A stretch of 64,000 bases of DNA from Thermoanaerobaculia bacterium. Lineage in GTDB: Bacteria; Acidobacteriota; Thermoanaerobaculia; UBA5066. The translations under genes were made by a program, and so were the position numbers. How positions within the stretch are numbered: position 1 is the first letter of the stretch; each line of letters opens with the position of its first letter. The stretch is taken from assembly GCA_963719225.1 (NCBI GenBank), contig CAVRAY010000001.1, forward strand, positions 2,016,001-2,080,000. Direction: 5' to 3'. Below the pieces are notes generated by a model. The model saw only the letters and a program-made list of their open reading frames with translations. It did no database searches and was not told the origin of the DNA. This document shows, in pieces, positions 1-8,336 of the stretch.

Positions 1-111
1 CCTGCCGTGTCCCGGCTGCGGGGAACGGCGTGGGTGCCCCTCACGTCCTTCGTGATGCCCATCGGCCTCGCCGAGGAGCGCGTCGAACCTCCGTTCCCGC
101 GGCAGATCTGA
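1..111 (+). CDS. 3' end of an unidentified gene entering the window (partial)
   Basis: Frame 1 is open to TGA at 109-111 (PAVSRLRGTAWVPLTSFVMPIGLAEERVEPPFPRQI*); no family recognised. Confidence 0.35.
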   Translation, partial: PAVSRLRGTAWVPLTSFVMPIGLAEERVEPPFPRQI

Positions 112-156
112 AGTTTCAGCGGCTGGCCTCGTCCTCGCGCGGCGCGGATCGGAGGA

Positions 157-549
157 CTACGTTTTAGGGGCGCTCCCGCCCGTCGTCACGGTGCGCACCC
201 GCGCCAGGACGCCGTCGAAGTTGAGCGGCTTGCGGAAGAACCCGAGGTCCCCTTCCCGGAGTGGAGCGCGGTCTTCCTCAACGATGCCCGACATGATCGC
301 AAGCGGGATCGCGGCGAGGTCCGCGTCCCGCGAAAGACCTTCGACCACCCCCCAGCCGTTCAACCCCGGCATGTCGAGGTCGAGGAGGATGACGAGCGGC
401 CTGAGCCCCCGGTTCAGGAGCGAGAGCGCCTCGAGACCGTTCGAGGCCGCGAGCGCCGAGAAGCCCTCCATTCGGAAAAGCTCGACAAGTCCCTCGCCCA
501 GGGCGCGGTCGTCGTCCACGACGAGGACATCGCATTCCTGTTCCGTCAC
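157..549 (-). CDS. Single-domain response regulator (CheY-like receiver)
   Basis: VLVVDDD...ILLDLDMPGLNG...FFRKP receiver motifs; GTG start overlaps the upstream stop (GTGA). Confidence 0.9.
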   Translation of the reverse strand: MTEQECDVLVVDDDRALGEGLVELFRMEGFSALAASNGLEALSLLNRGLRPLVILLDLDMPGLNGWGVVEGLSRDADLAAIPLAIMSGIVEEDRAPLREGDLGFFRKPLNFDGVLARVRTVTTGGSAPKT

Positions 550-1196
550 GGCCTGCCTTTCGTCCGGAGACGCGCCGCGACAGCCGCGAGATCCTTCAGG
601 AGCCGCTTCCTGCCGGCGAGGCGAGACTCGTCGTCGGGGGCGCGAAGGACGGCCGCGGGATGCAGAGTCACGAGCACGAAGGGCGCGAACGGCGCCTCGA
701 CGACCCGGCCCGCTTCGCGCCCGATGCGCACGCTCGGCCCAAGCAGCGCCTGCGCCGCCGTCGCACCGAGCAGGACGACCGCCTCGGGGCGGATCGCCTG
801 GAGCTCGGCGTCCAGCCATGGCCGGCAGGCGGCGATCTCGCGCGCATTCGGCTTCTTGTGGATGCGGGCTTTCCCGCGCGGCTCCCACTTGAAGTGCTTC
901 ACGGCATTGGTGACGTAGACGCTGCGGCGGTCCAGCCCCGCTTCCTCCATCACTTCGTCGAGCAGCGCGCCGGCCGGCCCGACGAAAGGCGCCCCTTCCA
1001 GATCTTCCTTGTCGCCCGGCTGCTCGCCCACGAGGATGACGCCCGCGGACGCGGGCCCCGCTCCGAAGACGGTCTGGGTGGCGTTCGCCCAGAGAGGGCA
1101 TGCCCGACACGATCGCGCCTCCGCGGCGAGCTCGCGCACGGAACGCGACGCGGGCGCGGCTCGCTCCGGAAAAAGCTCCCTCTGTGATCCGGGCAC
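546..1196 (-). CDS. udgX: UdgX-type family-4 uracil-DNA glycosylase
   Basis: CxxC Fe-S ligands, GEQPG motif A, R-loop KARIHKKP, HPAAVLR motif B; start uncertain (GTG 1196 chosen, ORF extends to 1337). Confidence 0.85.
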   Translation of the reverse strand: MPGSQRELFPERAAPASRSVRELAAEARSCRACPLWANATQTVFGAGPASAGVILVGEQPGDKEDLEGAPFVGPAGALLDEVMEEAGLDRRSVYVTNAVKHFKWEPRGKARIHKKPNAREIAACRPWLDAELQAIRPEAVVLLGATAAQALLGPSVRIGREAGRVVEAPFAPFVLVTLHPAAVLRAPDDESRLAGRKRLLKDLAAVAARLRTKGRP

Positions 1197-1232
1197 GGGC
1201 CGACGCACGCAAGCGGCCTGCCGGCCGATCCG

Positions 1233-1269
1233 TGTAACCCTTCCATTCGGCAGCCTGTAACCCATTCCA
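1233..1269. repeat. Direct repeat TGTAACCC(A)TTCCA x2 in a divergent promoter region
   Basis: Copies at 1233-1245 and 1256-1269, 23 nt period. Confidence 0.6.
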
Positions 1270-1329
1270 AATGGCGCGGGGAGGGTTCGCAACAGTCGCC
1301 AGCCGCCTCTTAGCCGGCCGATGCGACCG

Positions 1330-1345
1330 TGGCCCACTCATTGCT
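1330..1345 (+). promoter_or_regulatory. Sigma54 (-24/-12) promoter
   Basis: TGGCCC-actca-TTGCT matches TGGCAC-N5-TTGCW, about 50 nt before ATG 1398. Confidence 0.7.
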
Positions 1346-1397
1346 GGTTCCAGATGGGCAGGTTCGGTCGTCGAGGCTGCACGAAGGGTTGGAGGGA

Positions 1398-2087
1398 ATG
1401 TCCGCGAAAGGAGCCAGGGTCGCCAGGGAAATCCGCTCGAGCGGGGTCCGGATCCCGTCGGGCGGCGTGACGCTGGAAGGAGACCTTGCTCTTCCGGACG
1501 GCGCGACAGGCGTCGTCCTTTTTGCCCATGGGAGCGGCAGCAGCCGCCACAGCTCGCGAAACCAGCTCCTCGCGCGCTCCCTGGAAAACCTCGGCCTCGG
1601 GACGTTGCTCTTCGACCTCCTGACCCCCGAAGAGGAGTCCGTCGACCTCATCACCCGCCATCTCCGGTTCGACATCGGTCTGCTCGCCGATAGGCTGGTC
1701 CACGCGACGAGATGGCTCGTGAGGCAACCGGAAACAGCCTCGCTCGGAATCGGCTTTTTCGGAGCGAGCACCGGCGGCGGCGCGGCTCTCGTCGCGGCGG
1801 CGGAGCTCCGCGAGCGCGTCGGCGCCGTCGTCTCCAGGGGAGGCCGCCCCGATCTGGCCGGCGAAGCGCTCGAGGGCGTGAGGTCTCCGACCCTGCTCAT
1901 CGTCGGGGGCCTGGACGACGTCGTCCTCGAGCTGAACCGGATGGCCTACGAGAGGCTCGCCTGCGAGAAAGCCATCGAGATCGTGCCGGGTGCGACGCAT
2001 CTCTTCGAGGAGCCGGGAGCGTTGGAGGACGTGGCACGCCGCGCAGGAGCCTGGTTCGGGCGGTACCTCCGGACGGTCGGACGATAG
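1398..2087 (+). CDS. Dienelactone hydrolase-family alpha/beta hydrolase
   Basis: FAHGSGSSRHS, GASTGG nucleophile elbow, SRGGRPDLA, HLFEEPG; SD GGAGGG upstream. Confidence 0.85.
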   Translation: MSAKGARVAREIRSSGVRIPSGGVTLEGDLALPDGATGVVLFAHGSGSSRHSSRNQLLARSLENLGLGTLLFDLLTPEEESVDLITRHLRFDIGLLADRLVHATRWLVRQPETASLGIGFFGASTGGGAALVAAAELRERVGAVVSRGGRPDLAGEALEGVRSPTLLIVGGLDDVVLELNRMAYERLACEKAIEIVPGATHLFEEPGALEDVARRAGAWFGRYLRTVGR

Positions 2088-2097
2088 GGGGATGTGC

Positions 2098-2778
2098 ATG
2101 TTGTTCGAGAACCGCGCTGAAGGCGGACGGGCGCTCGCCGCGAGGCTCCGGCATTACGCGGGCAGGAGCGACGTCTTGGTGCTCGCCCTTCCGCGCGGAG
2201 GAGTTCCGGTCGGATACGAAGTCGCGCGTGCCCTCGACGCTCCGCTCGACGTCTTCCTGGTGAGAAAGCTCGGGGTCCCGGGCCACGAGGAATACGCGAT
2301 GGGAGCGATCGCGAGCGGGGGAGTCCGCTTCCTCGACGACGAGGTCGTCAGGCAGCTCGGCATCTCTCCTCTCGCCGTCGAGCGCGTAGCCCAGGCCGAG
2401 CAGCTCGAGCTCGAGCGCCGCGAGCGGGCCTATCGCGGCTCGAAGCCTGAGCCGGCGGTGGAGGGACGAACGGTCATCCTCGTCGACGACGGGCTCGCCA
2501 CCGGATCCACGATGCGCGCCGCCGTCGAGGCTCTTCGGCGCCAGAAGCCGAAGAGCCTCGTCATCGGCGCCCCCGTCGGCGCTCCGGAGACGTGCGCGGA
2601 GCTGGCGAGCGAGGTGGACGAGATCGTCTGTGCCGAGACCCCGCGCCCGTTTCGGGCGGTCGGACTGTGGTACCGAAGCTTCCCGCAAACGACGGACGAG
2701 GAGGTTCACGAGCTCCTCGCCCGGGCGCAGGACGACTGGCGGAAACCTTGCTACGAATCTGCCGGGAGGATGCCGTGA
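2098..2778 (+). CDS. Phosphoribosyltransferase-family protein
   Basis: LALPRGGVPV and the PRPP-binding motif VILVDDGLATGST. Confidence 0.9.
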   Translation: MLFENRAEGGRALAARLRHYAGRSDVLVLALPRGGVPVGYEVARALDAPLDVFLVRKLGVPGHEEYAMGAIASGGVRFLDDEVVRQLGISPLAVERVAQAEQLELERRERAYRGSKPEPAVEGRTVILVDDGLATGSTMRAAVEALRRQKPKSLVIGAPVGAPETCAELASEVDEIVCAETPRPFRAVGLWYRSFPQTTDEEVHELLARAQDDWRKPCYESAGRMP

Positions 2779-3020
2779 AGAAAGAGCTCGTCGCCGTGAA
2801 GAAAGTGGACCTTTCTCTTCCTCAATTTGGTTTCGTCGTCGCGACACGGGCCGCTCTTGGCGCCGGGATCGGCCTCCTGGCGGCGGACAAGCTCCGCCAA
2901 CGGAATCGCCATCGGCTGGGTGCCGCATTGGTGGCCGTTGGAATCCTGACGACGATCCCGGCCATGTTCCTGCTCTTCGGTCAGCACTCCCGCGCGGGCT
3001 CCGAAGAGGCCGCGCTCTGA
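2775..3020 (+). CDS. Small membrane protein (two hydrophobic segments)
   Basis: GTGA coupling to the PRT gene, SD GGAGG; TRAALGAGIGLL and LVAVGILTTIPA segments. Confidence 0.7.
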   Translation: MKKELVAVKKVDLSLPQFGFVVATRAALGAGIGLLAADKLRQRNRHRLGAALVAVGILTTIPAMFLLFGQHSRAGSEEAAL

Positions 3021-3808
3021 CCGGCGTCACCGGTCTCGCCGGGAGGCTGCTCGTCTGCGGCGGCTTGCTCATTTCGCCGCGCGGAGCGTTCGCGGAGCCC
3101 GTGGCGGTGCGTTATCCGGAAGGCCTCGTCCACGGGTTCCTCTCTCTGAGTAACCTCGATGGGAGCAAGCTCGCCGATGGCGAGCTGATCCAATTCAGCA
3201 AGGGCAACCGGGTCACGAGCCGTCTCGTCTTTCGCTTCAAGGACGGTTCGCTGCACGACGAGACCGTCGTGTTTTCCCAGCGCGGACGATTCCGGATGCT
3301 GCACGATCACCTCGTCCAGAAGGGGCCCGCCTTTCCGCATCCGTTGGAAGCCGAGATCGACGGCACGAGAGGCGAGGTCGAGATCCGGTATCGAGACGAG
3401 GATGGAAAGGAAAAGCTCGTCGCGAAACACTTCGATCTGCCCCCGGACGTCGCCAACGGCCTGATCCTCACGCTCATGAAGAACATTTCGCCGGACGCGC
3501 CGCGCACGACGATCTCGATGGTCGCGGCAGCCGCCAAACCCCGCGTCGTCACGCTCGTCGTCACGCCGATGGGGGAGGAGCCGTTCGCGACCGGAGGCAC
3601 CGAGCGCAAGGCCATGCACTACCTCGTCAAGGTCGAGATCGGCGGCATCGCCGGTGTCGTGGCTCCCCTCGTGGGCAAGCAGCCCCCCGACTCCCACGTC
3701 TGGGTTCTGGAGGGGGAAGCGCCCGCCTTCGTGAAATCGGAAGGCCCTCTTGCCATGGATGGCGATTCCTGGCGCATCGAGCTCGTCAGTCCGGTCTGGC
3801 CGAGGTGA
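3017..3808 (+). CDS. Hypothetical exported protein (probable CTG start)
   Basis: Signal-like N-terminus ending AFA-EPVAVRYPEG, high-GC3 codon usage; CTGA overlap with the upstream stop; start uncertain. Confidence 0.65.
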   Translation: MTGVTGLAGRLLVCGGLLISPRGAFAEPVAVRYPEGLVHGFLSLSNLDGSKLADGELIQFSKGNRVTSRLVFRFKDGSLHDETVVFSQRGRFRMLHDHLVQKGPAFPHPLEAEIDGTRGEVEIRYRDEDGKEKLVAKHFDLPPDVANGLILTLMKNISPDAPRTTISMVAAAAKPRVVTLVVTPMGEEPFATGGTERKAMHYLVKVEIGGIAGVVAPLVGKQPPDSHVWVLEGEAPAFVKSEGPLAMDGDSWRIELVSPVWPR

Positions 3809-3842
3809 GGACAGCCGTCCGTCCGGCGCGTTCCGCCCACCT

Positions 3843-6386
3843 TTACGTCGTTCCGTGCTCTTGGTGAAAGCCCTTCTCGCAATCCGGACAGATGCCGTGC
3901 GTGAACTCCGCCTCCGAGTGATCGCGGATGTAGGCCTCGATCTGCTTCCAGTAGCCGGCGTCGTCCCGGACCTTCTTGCACCAGGCGCAGATGGGCAGGA
4001 GACCGCTCAGGATGCGCACGCGCGCGATCTCCTCGGCGACGCGCCGTTTCAGCTCCTCCTCCCGCAGGCGGAGGCTCCGAACGCGCACCTGGAAGATCGC
4101 GATTGCCGCAAGGGCGACGAGGCCGAAGGCGAGAATCGAGAACCAGAGCGTCTGCCAGAAGAAGGGCCGCACCGAGAAAGGAAGCGTCGCGCCGGTCTGG
4201 TTCCAGACCCCGTCGCTGTTGCTCGCGATGACCCGGAAGACGTAGCGGCCTGGCCTCAAGCTCGTGTAGTAGGCGGCGCGGCGCGGACCCGCGTCCACCC
4301 AGTCGGAGTCGACCCCCTCGAGGCGGTACTTGAAGCGCATCCTTTCGGGAGAAACGAAGGAGAGCGCTGCGTAGTCGAGCTCGATCGACCGGCTGCCGGG
4401 CGCGAATGCCTGTCCCGCCCCGGCGCCGAGGTCGCGGCCGTCCACGATGACCCTTTCGAATGCCACGGGCGGCAACTCGCGATTGACGCGGATCGCCTTC
4501 GGATCGACGACGGCGACGCCGCGGATCGTCGCAAACCACAGCCGGCCGTCGCGGCCTCGCCAGGCCGACGGCTGAAAACCGCCGTTGCATTCTGCCGATT
4601 TCATTCCGTCCGCTTCGCCGTACGCCGCCGAGGTCACGGCTGCTCTCTTCCCGGCGAAGAACTCCTCGAGTTCCTGCCGCGCGACCCGGAAGATGCCGCG
4701 GTTGCAGCTCATCCAGAGACTGCCGGCACCGTCGTCGAGGATTGCGAAGACGACGTCGTCGTAGAGGCCCTGCCGCGCCGTCACGGGGGAAGCTCGCCCG
4801 TCGCGCATCCGGAGGAGGCCGCCTCCCGACGTTCCGATCCAGAGGGTTCCGTCCGGATCCGATTTGAGCGCCCGGACCGCGTAGGACACGCCTTCCCCTT
4901 CTCGAAACGCCCGGAACGCGCCGTTTCGAAAGCGCGACAGCCCTGTCGTCGTCCCGATCCATAGCGCGCCGTCACGGTCCTCGCAAAGGTCCACGACGGT
5001 GTCCCCCGCGAGGCCATCCGCAGTCGAGTAGGCCGTGACGCGACCCTGATCGAGCCGATCGAGACCACCGCCGCTGGTCCCGATCCAGAGAGCGCCGCTC
5101 CGGTCCTCCAGCAGTACGCGGATCAGATTCGAGGAGAGCCCGTCCTCCTTCGCGTAGACCCGCACGTGTCCGTCCTTCAGGCGCGCGATTCCGCCACCGG
5201 AAGTCCCGACCCACAGACCGCCATCCCGCGCCTGCGTCAGAGCCGAAACCGAGTCGTGGGGCAGCCCGTCGCGCGTGGTCAACGCCGACATGCGGCCGTC
5301 CTTCAGCCGGTTCAGACCGCCACCGCGTGTCCCGACCCAGACCGCCCCCTGAGGATCCTCGAACACGGCATGAACGAACTCCTTCGTCAGGCCGTCGCGT
5401 TTTCCGTACGTCACGATCGGCGCGTCGCGCAAGCGCAGCAGGCCGTCACCGTCGGTTCCGATCCAGAGGCCGCCTTCGTGATCTTCGAGAATGCAGACTA
5501 CGACCACGCCGTGCGGAGGCCCGTCGGACGCGTCGAAGGAATCCACGGCGCCGCTTCGAACGCGTGTCAGTCCCCGGCCTGTCCCGGTCCAGATCGTTCC
5601 GCCTCGGTCCTGGCGCAGCGCATTGATGCTGGAGAACTCCTTGCTCTTCGTGACTGCGATCGCTCGGCCCTCGGACAGGCGGGCGAGGCCGCCGGTCGTC
5701 GCCACCCAGACTTGGCCGTTGCTCTCCTCGAGGATGTCGTTCACGCGGTTCGCGGGCAGACCCTCGCGGGCCGTCGTCTGCGAGACGACGCGTCCTTCCC
5801 GCACGCGCGCCAGCCCCGCATCGGTGCCGATCCAGAGTGAGCCGTCGCGCGAACGGCAAAGAGCCGTCACCATGTCCCCGGGAAGTCGTTCCTGGCGGGT
5901 GAGGCGGGAAACGAACCGCTCGTCCTTCCAGCACGCGAGCCCGCCGCGTTGTGTTCCGATCCAAAGCGATCCGTCAGGCTCCGCGTAAAGGGCCAGGATC
6001 GTCTCGTTCGGCAGCCCGTCGGCGACGCCATACGCCGTGAAGTCGTCCCCCCTCTTCCGGAGGAGACCATCCACGGTTCCGATCCAGAGGCTGCCGTCGA
6101 TTCCTTCGGCAAGCGCCTCGATCCTGTTTTGCCGAAACGCGGGCGTGTTGCGCGTGCTGTAGACGGTGAAGCGCACGCCGTCGAAGCGCACGAGCCCTTC
6201 CTCGGTACCCATCCACAGATAGCCGTTGCGGGTCTGGAGGAGCGCCTGGACGGAATTCTGGGGCAGGCCCTCCCGCGTGCCCCACGCATCGAGACCGAAC
6301 TGGGCGATCGACTTCGACGGATCGAGAGCCTGCAGTCTCGTCGAGAAGACGAGGAGCGCAATGACCAGCGGGATCTTGCGATTCAT
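3843..6386 (-). CDS. Ligand-binding sensor: beta-propeller repeats + Y_Y_Y domain + TM + C-terminal CxxC...HxxCxxC domain (no kinase)
   Basis: Many DGxLWIGTxGGGL repeats, FKYRLEG...YYTSLRPGRYVFRV, TM helix, LLPICAWCKKVRD...FTHGICPDC. Confidence 0.85.
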   Translation of the reverse strand: MNRKIPLVIALLVFSTRLQALDPSKSIAQFGLDAWGTREGLPQNSVQALLQTRNGYLWMGTEEGLVRFDGVRFTVYSTRNTPAFRQNRIEALAEGIDGSLWIGTVDGLLRKRGDDFTAYGVADGLPNETILALYAEPDGSLWIGTQRGGLACWKDERFVSRLTRQERLPGDMVTALCRSRDGSLWIGTDAGLARVREGRVVSQTTAREGLPANRVNDILEESNGQVWVATTGGLARLSEGRAIAVTKSKEFSSINALRQDRGGTIWTGTGRGLTRVRSGAVDSFDASDGPPHGVVVVCILEDHEGGLWIGTDGDGLLRLRDAPIVTYGKRDGLTKEFVHAVFEDPQGAVWVGTRGGGLNRLKDGRMSALTTRDGLPHDSVSALTQARDGGLWVGTSGGGIARLKDGHVRVYAKEDGLSSNLIRVLLEDRSGALWIGTSGGGLDRLDQGRVTAYSTADGLAGDTVVDLCEDRDGALWIGTTTGLSRFRNGAFRAFREGEGVSYAVRALKSDPDGTLWIGTSGGGLLRMRDGRASPVTARQGLYDDVVFAILDDGAGSLWMSCNRGIFRVARQELEEFFAGKRAAVTSAAYGEADGMKSAECNGGFQPSAWRGRDGRLWFATIRGVAVVDPKAIRVNRELPPVAFERVIVDGRDLGAGAGQAFAPGSRSIELDYAALSFVSPERMRFKYRLEGVDSDWVDAGPRRAAYYTSLRPGRYVFRVIASNSDGVWNQTGATLPFSVRPFFWQTLWFSILAFGLVALAAIAIFQVRVRSLRLREEELKRRVAEEIARVRILSGLLPICAWCKKVRDDAGYWKQIEAYIRDHSEAEFTHGICPDCEKGFHQEHGTT

Positions 6387-6435
6387 GGGGGTGCGTCCGC
6401 GCCCAGTGTAGGCGCGTTCGACGCGGGAGGACGGT

Positions 6436-6774
6436 TCAGGCGGAGGCTTCCTGTCCTCTCACGCCGAGCCTTGCGGGCAGCACGCGAGCGGAGCAGGCGC
6501 CCGGCGAACCCGCGAGCTGGGAACGGCACGCCTGGTCGCAACCTTGCTTTGCAGGCCAGCGCGAGCAGGACTTCAAGCGCAGCTCGTTGCCGCCGGTGAT
6601 GCGGCTGGCGATCGCGTGCGCGACTTGAATCCTTACCTGGACGGATTCTTCGGTCTCCGGACAGGTGATCTCTCGGAGGCCTCCGAAAACACGATACGCG
6701 CGAACACCGGCGGCGGCCGCGGGGACTGAGAACGCAAACGAAGCGGTGGCGACGATCGTCGAGGCGGCGTCCAT
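6436..6774 (-). CDS. Small membrane-anchored Cys-containing hypothetical protein
   Basis: SD AGGAGG before ATG; ITCPET...SCSRWP...GCDQAC. Confidence 0.7.
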   Translation of the reverse strand: MDAASTIVATASFAFSVPAAAAGVRAYRVFGGLREITCPETEESVQVRIQVAHAIASRITGGNELRLKSCSRWPAKQGCDQACRSQLAGSPGACSARVLPARLGVRGQEASA

Positions 6775-6804
6775 AGGTTCGAGTTCCTCCTGAACCCGTG
6801 TCCT

Positions 6805-6820
6805 AGCAATTCGCGTTCCG
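6805..6820 (-). promoter_or_regulatory. Sigma54 (-24/-12) promoter
   Basis: Minus strand CGGAAC-gcgaa-TTGCT (GG-N10-GC), about 30 nt before ATG 6774. Confidence 0.55.
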
Positions 6821-6905
6821 CGCCGGACAGACAGCGAAACACTTACCCACAAAGGCCCCGCAGCATTCGAGTGCGAACGGAGTGTGCCTCTTTACGCCTC
6901 GTCGC

Positions 6906-6930
6906 TGTGTCCTGCGTGTGTCAGGACACA
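6906..6930. repeat. Inverted repeat TGTGTCCTG-N7-CAGGACACA (possible enhancer-binding-protein site or hairpin)
   Basis: Perfect 9-bp arms about 100 nt upstream of the sigma54 motif; overlaps the hydrolase stop codon. Confidence 0.5.
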
Positions 6931-7643
6931 CCAGCATGCCGAGGGTCGAGTGTCCGGTCGAACCACGCCGCCGCGTGCCGCGCCACCTGTTCGAGGGCGC
7001 CCGGCTCTTCGAAAAGGTGCGAAGCACCGGGAACAATCTCTTGCTCTTTCTCGCACGTGAGCTTTCCGTAAGCTTCCACGTTCCGCTCGAGAACCCAATC
7101 GTCCTCCCCACCCACGATCAGAAGCGTCGGAACCCGGACGTTCTGGAGCGCCTCGCCCGCCAGATCGGGACGGCCGCCGCGCAAGACCACGCTTCTCGCG
7201 GCCGAGAGGGGCTCGGCGGCGGCCACGAGCGCCGCCGCCCCGCCCGTCGAGGCGCCGAAAAAGCCCAGGGGCAGCGGGCGCGTCTCGTCGGCTTTCCGGC
7301 ACCACTCGACTACGCCGAAAAGGCGGTGTGCGAGCAGGTCGATGTCGAACCGCAGATGTTGAGTCTTCATGTCGACGGCTTCCTCGCCAGGCGTCAGGAG
7401 GTCGAAGAGGAGCGTCCCCATCCTCGCGCCGTGCAAGAGGTGCGCGAGGTGTCGATTCCGGGCACCGTGTCGGCTGTCGCCGCCCCCGTGCGCGAGGACC
7501 ACGAGACCCACCGCGTCGAAGGGAATGGCCAGATCGCCTCTGAGGGATACCGACTCGATGGGAATCCACACATCGCGACGGATCGGCAATGTTTTGGAGC
7601 CTGCGTGCGAAATTGCGACATCCGGAGCCATGACCGCGGGCAT
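6921..7643 (-). CDS. Dienelactone hydrolase-family alpha/beta hydrolase (paralog of 1398-2087)
   Basis: LAHGGGDSRHG, GASTGG, RGGRPDLAG, HLFEEPG; start uncertain. Confidence 0.85.
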   Translation of the reverse strand: MPAVMAPDVAISHAGSKTLPIRRDVWIPIESVSLRGDLAIPFDAVGLVVLAHGGGDSRHGARNRHLAHLLHGARMGTLLFDLLTPGEEAVDMKTQHLRFDIDLLAHRLFGVVEWCRKADETRPLPLGFFGASTGGAAALVAAAEPLSAARSVVLRGGRPDLAGEALQNVRVPTLLIVGGEDDWVLERNVEAYGKLTCEKEQEIVPGASHLFEEPGALEQVARHAAAWFDRTLDPRHAGVS

Positions 7644-7740
7644 CGACGCACAGCCATTCGTGCCAGCAGACTCTTCTGCGCTCCTGAAGGCGACACCGCG
7701 TGCCTAAGTTAGGCACCTCCCGACCTCCGCACTTCGTTCC

Positions 7741-8214
7741 GTGAGGCTGACGGCAGCCAGAGTCGTTCCGCGGGCCGGCGTCTGGGGATTCGCGCGCGTC
7801 TTCGCAGCGGCGGCTCTTTTCCTGGTCGCGTGCGGGCGATCGTCTCCGACGGAGCCGGATTCGTCGATGCGAACGCTCACCGGGACGTGGAACGCGTCGC
7901 TCGTTCGGGGGCCGTGCGAGGACTGGAGCTCGGTTGTTCTGACGCTCGTCGAAATCGGGTCGTCCCTGACCGGCGAGATCGGCTCGCCCGCTGGCGTACG
8001 GCATCCGGTCACGGGAACCGTCATGACGGACCACTCGGTTTTCAGCGTGGGCAACCTGTCGGCGATCGGCGAATGCTCGTTCATGGGTTTCGACGCGACC
8101 GTCTTCGAGTACGACGCTCGGGGCCGGCTCATCGCGTTCGCAGGCGACGTCCAGGGGCGCTGCTGCGGCACGATCGCCGGCTCCTTCCGCTTCGTGCGGC
8201 AGCCGGGCGGTTGA
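7741..8214 (+). CDS. Putative lipoprotein
   Basis: Lipobox-like LVAC followed by GRSSPTEP. Confidence 0.6.
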   Translation: MRLTAARVVPRAGVWGFARVFAAAALFLVACGRSSPTEPDSSMRTLTGTWNASLVRGPCEDWSSVVLTLVEIGSSLTGEIGSPAGVRHPVTGTVMTDHSVFSVGNLSAIGECSFMGFDATVFEYDARGRLIAFAGDVQGRCCGTIAGSFRFVRQPGG

Positions 8215-8336
8215 GGCGCGGCGCCCCCGCCTTCCTCTCTCGGCCCGCATCTTCGAAGGACGATCTCGTGATCGACACGGCGCAGCAGGAGGATTCTCCA
8301 GAGAGCCTCCGCGCGAACGCTACAATCGCCGGCCGG

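Noticed and set aside
6843-6851. DnaA-box-like TTACCCACA
   Set aside because: Single mismatched copy with no supporting context
7648-7665. Sigma54-like TGGCAC upstream of the second hydrolase
   Set aside because: No GC at the required 10-nt spacing from GG
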